The notes below the pieces were generated by a model. That model was not told the DNA's origin, made no database searches, and worked only from the letters and a program-made list of their open reading frames with translations. DNA of 63,937 bases, the filler included, from Vicugna vicugna (lineage: Eukaryota), in the NCBI GenBank assembly GCA_013265495.1. It is 78 parts of 75 records of this genome, joined end to end, with 100 filler letters (N's around TTAATTAATTAA, not from the genome) between each part and the next. Parts side by side here need not be neighbours in the genome. Positions count along the whole stretch, not along the records: positions 1 to 400 come from MU059979.1; positions 501 to 1,537 come from MU059980.1; positions 1,638 to 2,771 come from MU059985.1; positions 2,872 to 3,916 come from MU059992.1; positions 4,017 to 4,823 come from MU059994.1; positions 4,924 to 5,839 come from MU059995.1; positions 5,940 to 6,309 come from PNXW01012235.1; positions 6,410 to 6,887 come from PNXW01012242.1; 70 more parts are not named here. The stretch is one strand, 5' to 3'. How positions within the stretch are numbered: position 1 is the first letter of the stretch; every line of letters starts with the position of its first letter. Of this stretch, positions 1 to 12,148 are shown piece by piece. A program made the position numbers and the translations under genes.

Positions 1-400
1 CTTCGTGGAGTTGTCTCTCGAGCTCCCCCACGCACTGAAAATTGTCCAGGAATCTTGAGCGTGGGGAGGTCCCACCAACGGTCGGCAGCGCGTGGGTTCT
101 AACGGAATGCCTAAGCTGGTCTCCCCTGAAGATTTACCTAATGTCTCTGTGCCAGGGAATGCTACGGGTGATTGCAGGATATCCCAGTGTCAGAGACTGC
201 CTCCCCATGGTCAGGGAAGGTATTTCTCGGACTTCCCCTAACAGTGAAAACCTGTGACTGAAGAGAGCTTCGTATGCTAGGGGGAGGATATCCCAGTGAC
301 AGTGACTGCCTCCCCTTGGTCAGGGAAGTTATTTCTCGGACTTCCGCGAACAGGAAACACCTGTGACTGAAGAGAGCTGCGTGGAGTTGTCCCTTCCCTC
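1..400 (-). repeat. Satellite A (267-bp GC-rich), with internal deletion near 273
   Basis: Same motifs as the 27347-28164 array. GGATATCCCAGTG recurs at 177 and 286, only 109 bp apart. Confidence 0.92.
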
Positions 401-500
401 NNNNNNNNNNNNNNNNNNNNNNNNNNNNNNNNNNNNNNNNNNNNTTAATTAATTAANNNNNNNNNNNNNNNNNNNNNNNNNNNNNNNNNNNNNNNNNNNN
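401..500. other. Artificial scaffold-joining linker (44 N + TTAATTAATTAA + 44 N); first of about 77 copies
   Basis: The same 100-bp structure recurs throughout (12-mer at 445, 1582, 2816 ... 63810). The 12-mer gives stop codons in all six frames, and the sequences on either side are unrelated. Confidence 0.98.
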
Positions 501-1537
501 TTAGGAAAACACTAAGGGGAGACGAGCGTAGGCATTCCGTTAGAAACACGTGCTGCCGAACGTTGGTGGTACCTCCACATTCTCAGGATTTCGGAAATAT
601 TTTCTGTGCGTGAAGGAAATTGAGAGACAACTCCACGCAGCTCTCTTCAGTCACAGGCGTTCCCTGTTAGGGGGATGTCTGAGAAATAACTTCCCTGTCT
701 TGGGGAGTCAGCCGCTGACTCTGGGCATGCCAGCGCAGACCCCCATCATTCCCTGGCAGCCAGGCATAAGGAAATCTCTCAGGGGAGATGAGTTTAAGAA
801 TTGCGTAAGAACACAACCACTGCCGACCGTTGGTGGATCCTCCCAACGCTCAGGATTCCGGAACCATTTTCTGTGCATGGGGGATCATTTTCTGTGCATG
901 GGGGAACTCGAGAGACAATTCCACGCAGCTCTCTTCAGTCACAGGTGTTCCCTGTTAGGGTAATTCCGAGAAATAACTTCCCTGAAATTGGGGAGGCAGC
1001 CGCTGAACCTCAGCATGCCAGCGCAGACCGCCAGCATTCCCTGGCAGCCAGAAACTTGGAAAATACTCAGGGGAAATGAGCTTAGGCATTCTGTTAGAAC
1101 CCACGCGCTGACGACAGTTGGTGGAACCTCCCCAAGCTCAGGATTCCGGACGCATTGTCTCTGCGTGGGGGAGCTCGAGAGACAACTCCAGGCAGCTCTC
1201 TTCAGTCACAGGTGGTCCCTGTATGGGGGAAGTCTGAAAAATATCTTTCCTGAACTGGGGAGGCAGCCTTGACACTGGGCATGCCAGCGCAGACNNNNNN
1301 NNNNNNNNNNNNNNNNNNNNNNNNNNNNNNNNNNNNNNNNNNNNNNNNNNNNNNNNNNNNNNNNNNNNNNNNNNNNNNNNNNNNNNNNNNNNNNNNNNNN
1401 NNNNNNNNNNNNNNNNNNNNNNNNNNNNNNNNNNNNNNNNNNNNNNCGAACTCCACGCAGCTCTCTTTAGTCACAGGTGTTCCCTGTTATGTGGAAGTCC
1501 AAGAAATACGTTCCCTAACCTTGGGGAGGCAGCCGCT
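501..1537 (+). repeat. Satellite A (267-bp), about 4 monomers with gap
   Basis: Repeating CTCCACGCAGCTCTCTTCAGTCACAGG; 21-bp internal duplication at 865-905. Confidence 0.93.
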
Positions 1538-2871
1538 NNNNNNNNNNNNNNNNNNNNNNNNNNNNNNNNNNNNNNNNNNNNTTAATTAATTAANNNNNNN
1601 NNNNNNNNNNNNNNNNNNNNNNNNNNNNNNNNNNNNNTGGGTGGAAAGGAACGCTTGGATGTTACAGTCCTGGGACCACCGTAGGTACCTGATGAGAGCC
1701 TTGCAGATGCTTAATGTCCTACAACCGGGCCAGTCTTCCACAGCAAACATCTAGGCCACCCAAGTGCCCAAACTGCTGCAGTGGAGGGACACCTGATGGT
1801 CCAGCCCCCTCTTTGGACACCCAGAGGGACCTGGACTCTGGCAGGTTAGGGGTAGGGTCAATTCTAAAACCCAGGCATCTTTGTCCCCACAATTCAGTAG
1901 TTATTTGGTGACAGCACATGGAATATAAACAACAAAGTAACTTGACATGATGTTATATATTTAGCTTACTCAAGAAACAAAGTTTAAANNNNNNNNNNNN
2001 NNNNNNNNNNNNNNNNNNNNNNNNNNNNNNNNNNNNNNNNNNNNNNNNNNNNNNNNNNNNNNNNNNNNNNNNNNNNNNNNNNNNNNNNNNNNNNNNNNNN
2101 NNNNNNNNNNNNNNNNNNNNNNNNNNNNNNNNNNNNNNNNNNNNNNNNNNNNNNNNNNNNNNNNNNNNNNNNNNNNNNNNNNNNNNNNNNNNNNNNNNNN
2201 NNNNNNNNNNNNNNNNNNNNNNNNNNNNNNNNNNNNNNNNNNNNNNNNNNNNNNNNNNNNNNNNNNNNNNNNNNNNNNNNNNNNNNNNNNNNNNNAATAT
2301 GAAACATGTGGACTGCTGGGCTGGACTGCTAAGCTGGGTCTTTAATCCAGGAAGCTCAGTATCTGCTCCCTGCACCCAGCTCCCTGTTCTGTTCATGCAT
2401 GTGCATCAAGAAGCTGTTTAGTGTCCATTTTAATATCTTAAACAGTGCGTTTCAATATTGTCTTCATCCACAAATACGTGTACCACACAGTAGTAATGAT
2501 CAATCCTAGTATTTGCTTTCTTTGGTCTTAGAGAGTCAGATAAACGGATAGCAAAGATAACGAAGTCATAGAGTGCAATAATATAGTATTTCCTTTATTT
2601 CAATGACAGGATTTATTTAAAGAGTTTAGATATAACATCTTTGCATTTATGGCATCATTAAGCGTCTGAAGCTGTTACATTATAAAAAGTTCATTTCTAG
2701 CGGGATGTTATCATTTAGAGAAGCGGTCCTGAATTTGAGGGGTTGCTGTCATCTCAGACGGAGTCCCTAAANNNNNNNNNNNNNNNNNNNNNNNNNNNNN
2801 NNNNNNNNNNNNNNNTTAATTAATTAANNNNNNNNNNNNNNNNNNNNNNNNNNNNNNNNNNNNNNNNNNNN

Positions 2872-3916
2872 GTTGTGAACATGTGCATGACTGATGTTTA
2901 AAATACCAAACAAGTTACCTATGCACTCTAAAATACTTACTTTGACTTTGTAGCTTCTTCCTATCACCAGTTTCAAGAATCACACTTTGATCCCACAAAA
3001 ACCCTCTTGGAGCGAATTCTTCCCTAGAGATATGTAATTTGAATAGATTCCATCTACATGATATTNNNNNNNNNNNNNNNNNNNNNNNNNNNNNNNNNNN
3101 NNNNNNNNNNNNNNNNNNNNNNNNNNNNNNNNNNNNNNNNNNNNNNNNNNNNNNNNNNNNNNNNNNNNNNNNNNNNNNNNNNNNNNNNNNNNNNNNNNNN
3201 NNNNNNNNNNNNNNNNNNNNNNNNNNNNNNNNNNNNNNNNNNNNNNNNNNNNNNNNNNNNNNNNNNNNNNNNNNNNNNNNNNNNNNNNNNNNNNNNNNNN
3301 NNNNNNNNNNNNNNNNNNNNNNNNNNNNNNNNNNNNNNNNNNNNNNNNNNNNNNNNNNNNNNNNNNNNNNNNNNNNNNNNNNNNNNNNNNNNNNNNNNNN
3401 NNNNNNNNNNNNNNNNNNNNNNNNNNNNNNNNNNNNNNNNNNNNNNNNNNNNNNNNNNNNNNNNNNNNNNNNNNNNNNNNNNNNNNNNNNNNNNNNNNNN
3501 NNNNNNNNNNNNNNNNNNCATGTAAGTTGATTACATAACCATGGCATTCCGTATTACGAACATGATTCATGCATCACGGATTCCTCAAACTTGAATTTCT
3601 GAGTTGTGAACATGCGCATGACTTAAGCTCAAACACCAAACAAGTTACCTATGCACTTTGATATATGTAATTTGACTTCGTAGATTCTGCCTACCACCAG
3701 TTTCAATAATCACACTTTGATCCCACAAAAAACCTCATGGAGCGAATTCTTGCCTAGAGATATGTAATTTGAATTGTTTACATCTACATAATATTCCGTG
3801 TTCCGTACATGCTACATACATGAAGAAATCGACAAACATGCATTCCTGAGTTGAGGGCATCTGGATTACTAATCTTTCATCCTCTATAAAAGGAATATTA
3901 TCATCTAGACACGTGT
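2872..3916 (-). repeat. Satellite D (AT-rich, ~247-bp monomers)
   Basis: Reverse complement of the D motifs CAAATTACATATCTCTAG and GGATCAAAGTGTGATT. Confidence 0.9.
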
Positions 3917-4016
3917 NNNNNNNNNNNNNNNNNNNNNNNNNNNNNNNNNNNNNNNNNNNNTTAATTAATTAANNNNNNNNNNNNNNNNNNNNNNNNNNNN
4001 NNNNNNNNNNNNNNNN

Positions 4017-4823
4017 TTCTTCATTCTGTATTCTGCATTCTATATTCTGTATTCTGTATTCCATGTTCTAAATTTTGGGTTCTGTATTCTATATTCTATA
4101 TTGTGTGTTCCACATTGTATATTCAAAATTCTATATACTGTATTATATATTCTATACTATAAATTTTATGTTCTGCATTCCCTGTTCTAAATTCTGTTTT
4201 CTGCATTCAGTTCTATATTGTATATACTTTGTTGTACATTATGTATTCTACATTCTATATTGTGTATTCTGTATTCTTAATTCTGAATTCTCTGTTCTGT
4301 ATTCGATGTTCTAGATTCTGGGTTCTGTATTGTGTATTCTATATCCTATAGTCAGTGTTTTACATTCTGTTTTCTACAGCCTATATCCTGTATTTTGTTT
4401 TTTATTCAATATTCTGTGTTCTACATTCTATACTCTACATTCTGTGTTCTGTATTCTGTATTCTATATTCCATATTCTGTGTTCTGCATTCCATCTCTAA
4501 ACTCTGGGTTCTGAAATCTTCATTCTATATTCTATATTCTGTGTTCTACATTCTGTATTCTACATTCTGTATTCAGTATTCTGTATTCTATATTCTAAAT
4601 TGTTTTCTGCANNNNNNNNNNNNNNNNNNNNNNNNNNNNNNNNNNNNNNNNNNNNNNNNNNNNNNNNNNNNNNNNNNNNNNNNNNNNNNNNNNNNNNNNN
4701 NNNNNNNNNNNNNNNNNNNNNNGGGTTCTGTAATCTGTATTATATACTCTATATTCTGTGTTCTACATTCTGTATTCGACATTTTATATTCTGTATTCTG
4801 TATTCTATATTCTACATTGTGTT
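4017..4823 (+). repeat. Satellite E (heptamer NNTTCTR)
   Basis: Tandem TATTCTA/TATTCTG/TGTTCTA/CATTCCA 7-mers. Confidence 0.95.
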
Positions 4824-4923
4824 NNNNNNNNNNNNNNNNNNNNNNNNNNNNNNNNNNNNNNNNNNNNTTAATTAATTAANNNNNNNNNNNNNNNNNNNNN
4901 NNNNNNNNNNNNNNNNNNNNNNN

Positions 4924-5839
4924 TGACAGCACCGCGGCCGCTTCCCAGGAACAGGCTCACAGGGAGAGGTGCACCCCGCGAACATGGGGAAGCAAAGTCC
5001 ACCCCAAGCGGCGGGGGAGTAAGTAACAAACTCAGGGGCTGCACGGGGTAGCCCGTACCACCGCACCCGCTTCCCGGGAGCAGACCACGACCTGAGGGCC
5101 GGCCGGGGATGTGCCAGAGCCGTCTAGCGCCTTCCCACCTCCCGGGTGAGCCCTGCTTTCCCAAAACCGAATATAAACGGCAGCGCAGACGCGGGGTGCA
5201 GGGACTAACTAATTCGGGGGGGGGGCACCAGGAACCACTGCGGCGGCCCGTACCCGCCTCAGGGTCCTAAAGGGCCCACCGCCCGGGCCTCAACCATGCA
5301 CCCCTACCTGTGCGCCTCCCCAGCTGCGCAGCCCAGACATCACTCGCCGGCTGAACGACCTGCGCGCCCCCACCAGCGCCCCCTTACCTGCCCGGCGGCG
5401 TCAGCGGACCCGTCGGCTAGCGGCGGTCCAGTCCCCAAGATGCCTTCTTCCTCGGGAGCTGGTGCAAAGAGCACCCAGCTCCCGCCCAGCTTCCCTACGC
5501 TCCGGGTGGGCTCCCGCGTCCGCGCGTCTGTGCGTCCGCGTCCCTCCTCCTCCCGCCAGAATCGCGGACCCTCGGGCTGGGGCTCCTGCCCTATAGGAGC
5601 CTGCGGATTAGCTTCAGACTCCCCGCAGCCTATCCGGGCCTCAACTTCCGCTGTCCCAGGTTCGCGGGAGTCGTGTTACAGATCAGCCTGCTCCAGGAAG
5701 GCGGTCGCTGTGCTGACGGGACGGGGGAGGCGGCGGCGGGATTGGGGCTGCCCCGTGTTACCGAGGGGATTTGCTTCCATTTCACGCTGTCGCCGCCGCC
5801 ACCCCCACACACTACCGCACCGCGCCCGCCTCCCAGGAG
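4924..5839. promoter_or_regulatory. CpG island / probable promoter with non-coding first exon on the minus strand
   Basis: Very GC- and CpG-rich. Minus-strand donor CAG|GTAAGG at 5388/5387. ETS-like ACTTCCG at about 5644, reverse CCAAT at about 5741, GC boxes nearby. Confidence 0.75.
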
Positions 5840-5939
5840 NNNNNNNNNNNNNNNNNNNNNNNNNNNNNNNNNNNNNNNNNNNNTTAATTAATTAANNNNN
5901 NNNNNNNNNNNNNNNNNNNNNNNNNNNNNNNNNNNNNNN

Positions 5940-6309
5940 ATTGTATATTCTGCATGCCGTATTCCGTATTCTGTGTTCTACATTGTATATTCCAGATCCT
6001 ATATTCAGTATTCTGTATTCTATATTCTAAATTCTGTGTTCTGCATTCCATGTTCTAAATTATGGATTCTATATCCTCTTATCTATATTCTAAATTCTGT
6101 GTTCTATATTGTATATTCATATTCTATATTCAGTATTCGTTATTCTATATTTTAATTTCTGTGTTCTGCATTCCATAATCTAAATTTTGGTTTCTATATT
6201 CTGTATTCTATATTCTATATTCTGAGTTCTACATTCTATATTCTGTATTGTATATTCTGCATTCCGTATTCTATATTCTATATTCTGTGATCTACATTCT
6301 ATATTCTAA
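5940..6309 (+). repeat. Satellite E (heptamer)
   Basis: 7-bp TATTCTR periodicity. Confidence 0.95.
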
Positions 6310-6409
6310 NNNNNNNNNNNNNNNNNNNNNNNNNNNNNNNNNNNNNNNNNNNNTTAATTAATTAANNNNNNNNNNNNNNNNNNNNNNNNNNNNNNNNNNN
6401 NNNNNNNNN

Positions 6410-6887
6410 ACTTCATGTAAGTGGAACCGTCTATTTTGACTGACTTCTTTCACAACTGAGTAACATTTTCAATATTTGTCCACATTGTGGCCTGGGTCAG
6501 TACTCTATGCTTCGCTATTGCTGAATAATATTCCACTGTATGGCTGGGCCCCTCTGTTTACCCATTCATCACGTGATAGACATTTGGGTTGTTTCTGTTT
6601 TTTGGCTCTGAAAAGGAATGGAGAAAAGTAATGGTGAAAATTTCTGTAGGAGTTTTTATGTGAACATTTGTTTTCAATTCTCTTACTTCTGTGCCCATTC
6701 AATTCTCTTACTTCTGTGCCCAGGAAGCAGAATTGCTGGATCATTCAGAAACCAAATGTTCAATTCTCTGAGGACATGCCAGGATGTTTTCCAAAGTGGC
6801 CACGCTGTGTTACGTTCTCACGAGCAAGGGCTGCGAGCTTCACTTCCTCTGTGTCCTCATTAATGCTTATTAATCTTTTTTTGATTA
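6410..6887 (-). mobile_element. Old LINE-1 (L1M-type) 3' fragment
   Basis: Resembles the antisense L1 3' region (TTGCTGAATAATATTCCACTGTATGG, GACATTTGGGTTGTTTC, AGAATTGCTGGATCAT). Confidence 0.8.
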
Positions 6888-6987
6888 NNNNNNNNNNNNN
6901 NNNNNNNNNNNNNNNNNNNNNNNNNNNNNNNTTAATTAATTAANNNNNNNNNNNNNNNNNNNNNNNNNNNNNNNNNNNNNNNNNNNN

Positions 6988-8210
6988 ATTCTATATTCTA
7001 AATTCTGTGTTCTGCATTCCATGTTTTAAATACTGGGTTGTATATTCTCTAATCTATATTCTATATACTGTGTTCTAAATTCTATATTCTAAATTCAATA
7101 TTAAGTAATCTTTATTCTATATTCTAAATTCTGTGTTGTGCATTCCATGTTCTAAATTTTGTGTTCTATATTCTGTGTTCTATATTCTGCCTTCCGTATT
7201 CTATATTCTCTATTCTGTGTTCTACACTCAGTANNNNNNNNNNNNNNNNNNNNNNNNNNNNNNNNNNNNNNNNNNNNNNNNNNNNNNNNNNNNNNNNNNN
7301 NNNNNNNNNNNNNNNNNNNNNNNNNNNNNNNNNNNNNNNNNNNNNNNNNNNNNNNNNNNNNNNNNNNNNNNNNNNNNNNNNNNNNNNNNNNNNNNNNTCC
7401 ATATTCTGTGTTCTACATTCTATATTTTATATTCGAAATTCAGTATTCTGTATTCTATATTCTAAATTCTGTGTTCTACATTCTATGTTCTTAATTCTGG
7501 GTTCTATATTCTCTATTCTATACTCTATATTTTTTGTTCATCATTCTAACTCTATATTATATATTCTGCATTCTGTAGTCTATATTCTATATTCTGTGCT
7601 CTACATTCTGTATTCTAAATTCTATATTCAGTTTTCTGTATTCTATATTCTAAATTCTGTGTTCTGCATTCCATGTTCTATATTCTGGATTGTATATTCC
7701 CTAATCTACATTCTATATACTGTGTTCTACATTCTATATTCTAAATTCAGTATTCAGTATTCTTTATTCTATATTCTAAATTCTGTGTTCAACATTATTT
7801 ATTTCATATTCCATATTCAGCATTCTGTTTTCTATATTCTAAATTCTGTGTTCTTCATTCCATGTTCTCAATTCTGGGTTTTGTAATCTGTTTTCCATAT
7901 TCTATATTTTGTGTTCTATATTTTATCTTCTGTATTCAATATTCTGCATTCCGTATACTATATTCTATATTCTGTGTACTACATTGTATATTCTAANNNN
8001 NNNNNNNNNNNNNNNNNNNNNNNNNNNNNNNNNNNNNNNNTTAATTAATTAANNNNNNNNNNNNNNNNNNNNNNNNNNNNNNNNNNNNNNNNNNNNTATA
8101 TTCAGTATTCTATTCACTTTATTCTAAATTCTATGTTCTACATTATATATACTATATTCTATATACAGTATTCTGTATTCTATATTTATATTCTGTGTTC
8201 TACATTGTAT
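6988..8210 (+). repeat. Satellite E (heptamer), two fragments separated by a linker
   Basis: 7-bp periodicity in 6988-7996 and 8097-8210. Confidence 0.95.
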
Positions 8211-8310
8211 NNNNNNNNNNNNNNNNNNNNNNNNNNNNNNNNNNNNNNNNNNNNTTAATTAATTAANNNNNNNNNNNNNNNNNNNNNNNNNNNNNNNNNN
8301 NNNNNNNNNN

Positions 8311-9381
8311 AATATGGAATGCAGAACACAGAATTCAGAATATAGAAAACAGAATTCTGAATATAAAAATTCGAATATAGAATGTTGAACACAGAATTTA
8401 GAATATAGAAAACAGTATACTGAATATAAAAATTCGAATATAGAATGTTGAACACAGAATTTAGAATATAGAAAACAGTATACTGAATATAAAAATTCGA
8501 ATATAGAATGTTGAACACAGAATTTAGAATATAGAAAACAGAATACTGAATATAGAATTTAGAATACAGAATGTAGAACACAGAATATAGAATATAGACT
8601 ACGGAATGTAGAATATAGGATATAGAATATAGAATGATGAACCCAAAATATAGAATACAGAATAGAAAAAATAGAACACAGAATTAAGAACATGGAATGT
8701 AGAACACAGAATTTAGAATATAGAATACATAATACTGAATATAGAATTTAGAATATAGAATGTAGTACACAAAATATGGAAAGTTAGATACGGAATGCAG
8801 AATATTGAATTCAGAATATAGAATGTAGAACACAGAATATATTATATTGCCTTCGGAATGCAGAATATAGAATATNNNNNNNNNNNNNNNNNNNNNNNNN
8901 NNNNNNNNNNNNNNNNNNNNNNNNNNNNNNNNNNNNNNNNNNNNNNNNNNNNNNNNNNNNNNNNNNNNNNNNNNNNNNNNNNNNNNNNNNNNNNNNNNNN
9001 NNNNNNNNNNNNNNNNNNNNNNNNNNNNNNNNNNNNNNNNNNNNNNNNNNNNNNNNNNNNNNNNNNNNNNNNNNNNNNNNNNNNNNNNNNNNNNNNNNNN
9101 NTAGAACCCAGAATTTAGAACATGGAATGCAGAACACAGAATTTAGAATATAGTATACAGAATACTGAATATAGAATTTAGATTATAGAATGTAGGACAC
9201 AGAATATAGAATGTAGAATAGGGAATGCAAAATATAGAATACAGAATATAGAATGTAGAACCCAGAATGTAGAATGTGGAAAACAGAATACAGAAACGAG
9301 AATTTAGAACATGAAATGCACAACACAGAGTTTAGCCTATAGAATACAGAATACTGAATATAAAATTTTGAATATAGTATG
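8311..9381 (-). repeat. Satellite E (heptamer) with a 63-bp higher-order unit
   Basis: AGAATAT/AGAACAC 7-mers; TATAGAAAACAG recurs at 8341, 8404, 8467 and 8530. Confidence 0.95.
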
Positions 9382-9481
9382 NNNNNNNNNNNNNNNNNNN
9401 NNNNNNNNNNNNNNNNNNNNNNNNNTTAATTAATTAANNNNNNNNNNNNNNNNNNNNNNNNNNNNNNNNNNNNNNNNNNNN

Positions 9482-9703
9482 CCACGCACTGACAATGGTC
9501 CGGATTCCTGAGCGTGGGGAGGTTCCACCAACTGTCAGTAGCGCGTCGGTTGTAACAGAATGCCTAAGCTCGTCTCCCCTGAGTTTTTTCCTAATGTCTC
9601 TCTGCCAGGGAATTGTAGGGGTGATTGCAGGATTTCCCAGTGTCAGTGGCTGCCTCCACAAAGTCAGGGAATGTTTTTCTCGGACTTCCCCGAACAGGGA
9701 ACA
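9482..9703 (-). repeat. Satellite A (267-bp) partial monomer
   Basis: CCTGAGCGTGGGGAGGTTCCACCAAC motif. Confidence 0.92.
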
Positions 9704-9884
9704 NNNNNNNNNNNNNNNNNNNNNNNNNNNNNNNNNNNNNNNNNNNNTTAATTAATTAANNNNNNNNNNNNNNNNNNNNNNNNNNNNNNNNNNNNNNNNN
9801 NNNAACGTTATAATGTGTCTTTATACTGTACCTGTGTTTTCAAGTACTTTACAATAAATGAGATAATAACCTCTGTGTGTACAA

Positions 9885-10129
9885 TTTAGTTTTTCCAAGG
9901 GAACAGAACCAATGTGTGGAGAAACCAAAACAATAGAACATTCGTATGTTTTCGACATACCTGGCCATGGAGGCTGAGCAGTCCCACAAGTTACTGTCAC
10001 AAGCTGGAGACCCAGGACAGTGGGGGTGTCTTTCCAGTGTGATTCTGATGCTGAGAACTAGGGGAGCCGTTGCCGGAAAGCCCAGCCTGAGGGCAGGAGG
10101 AGGGACGTGTCCCAGCAGAAGCGTGAAGG
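9885..10129 (-). mobile_element. MLT2-type ERVL LTR fragment
   Basis: Resembles antisense MLT2 (AACAGAACCAAT ... ATGGAGGCTGAG.AGTCCCAC ... CAAGCTGGAGACCCAGGA ... CTGAGAAC.AGGGGAGCCG). Confidence 0.75.
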
Positions 10130-10229
10130 NNNNNNNNNNNNNNNNNNNNNNNNNNNNNNNNNNNNNNNNNNNNTTAATTAATTAANNNNNNNNNNNNNNN
10201 NNNNNNNNNNNNNNNNNNNNNNNNNNNNN

Positions 10230-10641
10230 TCACCTAGCTTGAAGGGAACACAAAGCTTCTTTCCAGTTGCAAACACCACTCCCTACATGTATATGGGGAG
10301 GAACAAGCTCCAATTCGGTTTTACAGTGAAAACGGCAGGCAATGTTTCTCCTCAGATCCATTAGTGCTGGATGAACGAACGTCTCCCCACATGCTTTATT
10401 CTGAGAAATTAGTGTGTGTGAAAGCCGTCCTTCACCTACATTGAAGTGAACACAAAGATTCTTTTCAGTTTCAAACACCAATCCGTACATATATATGGGG
10501 AGGTACAAGCTCCAACTCGGATTTACAGTGAAAAAGGCAGGCACTTCAAACCGGCACTAGAAAACAGACTGAGAAACCAGACTAAGTTTTTCTCCAACAA
10601 CCCGTTCCATTTGTGCTGAATGAACGAACGTCTCTCCACAT
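10230..10641 (+). repeat. Satellite B (249-bp), rearranged copy
   Basis: TATATGGGGAGGTACAAGCTCCAACTCGG and GAAAGCCGTCCTTCACCTA motifs shared with 39587-40150. Confidence 0.9.
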
Positions 10642-10741
10642 NNNNNNNNNNNNNNNNNNNNNNNNNNNNNNNNNNNNNNNNNNNNTTAATTAATTAANNN
10701 NNNNNNNNNNNNNNNNNNNNNNNNNNNNNNNNNNNNNNNNN

Positions 10742-11186
10742 AAGGAATATTTTCATCTAGACACGTGTACACGTTTTCAAAAGCTTACCCTAACACCAAG
10801 TTCGAATTCATGCATTTTTCACTGAAATATTGTTCTCAAGCGATTTCCACCTAACAGATATGTAATTTACATGAATTCCATCAACATGGCATTCCGGGTT
10901 CCGTACATGCTTCATGCATGACAGATACGAAAACATGAGTCTCTGGGTTGTGAGCATGTGGATTATTGAACTTTCATCCACCATACAAGGCAAATATACA
11001 CTTAGAAATTTTTACTCTGACTTCATAAGTTTTTTCTATCACCAGGATCAAAAATCGGACATTTGACACCAGAAAACAATCTTTGAGCGAATTCTCACCA
11101 ATACACATGTAATTTACATTGTTTACATAACCATTGTATTCCGTAATGTATTCCGTATAATGAACATGTTTCATGCATCATGAATT
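10742..11186 (-). repeat. Satellite D
   Basis: Reverse complement of the 34160-34600 region. Confidence 0.9.
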
Positions 11187-11286
11187 CCTCAAACATGCAT
11201 TTCTGANNNNNNNNNNNNNNNNNNNNNNNNNNNNNNNNNNNNNNNNNNNNTTAATTAATTAANNNNNNNNNNNNNNNNNNNNNNNN

Positions 11287-12148
11287 NNNNNNNNNNNNNN
11301 NNNNNNCATTGTAATTTCTTGCCTCCTTTGTCTAAGATTAATTGACCAAATTTTTTGGGATCATTTCTACGCTCTTTATACTGTGCCATTGTCCTTTATG
11401 TATGTTTATCTACCAATACAGTGTTGTCATGTTGACTGTAACTGTATAGTATTATCTGAATCATTAGCATAAAAAAATGCCAGAGATATTTGTACCTTAA
11501 TCTTGTAAACTGCTACCTTGCTGAATTCTTTGATCAGCTGTAGTAATTTCATTCTGGATCTTGTAGGGTTTTCTATAAATAGTAACATATTATCTGCATA
11601 TAGTTAGACTTTTATCTCTTCCTTTCCAATTTGCATCCCTTTTACTTCTCTCTCTTGTTTGATTGCTGTGGCTAGGACTTCCAAGAATATCTTGAGTAGG
11701 AGTCATGATGTTGTGCATCCTTTTACTGTCCCAGATTTTAGTAGGAAGAATTTGACTCTCTCACCTTTGAGTACTATGCTGGCTGCAGGTTTTTTTACTG
11801 AGATATATTCCTTCTATGCCCACTTTGGTCAGAATTTTTATCATACGTGGGTGTTGAATTTTTCAAATGTTTTTCCTGCATCTATTGACATGATCATGTG
11901 GTTTTGGGCCTTCCTTTTGTTGATGTGCTGTATTACATTGATTGATTTGCATAAGTTGAAACACCCGTGTCCCTAGTTTGATCCCCTCTATAGTTTGATC
12001 TTTGTCATGATATATAATCTTTCTTCTGTGTTGTTGGATTCTATTTGCTACTATTTTGGTGAGGATATTTGTGTTTGTGTTCATCAATGTTATTGGCCTA
12101 TAGTCCTCTTATTTGGTAGTGATTTTGCCTGGTTGTGGTATCAGGGTG
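11287..12148 (-). mobile_element. LINE-1 ORF2 (reverse transcriptase region), degenerate and internally deleted
   Basis: Minus-strand translation MNTNTNILTKIVANRIQQHRRKIIYHD resembles L1 ORF2p [27 protein letters not shown]. Confidence 0.92.

Noticed and set aside
5296..5839. Pro/Arg/Ala-rich ORF
   Set aside because: Typical stop-poor reading frame of a CpG island, with no recognisable homology.
7161..7886. Hydrophobic YILYSVF-repeat ORFs resembling membrane proteins
   Set aside because: These are translations of the heptamer satellite (3 x 7 = 21-bp frame cycle), with no gene structure.
8311..9381. Heat-shock element array from repeated nGAAn
   Set aside because: The GAA units are head-to-tail at 7-bp spacing rather than the alternating inverted pentamers that HSF requires.
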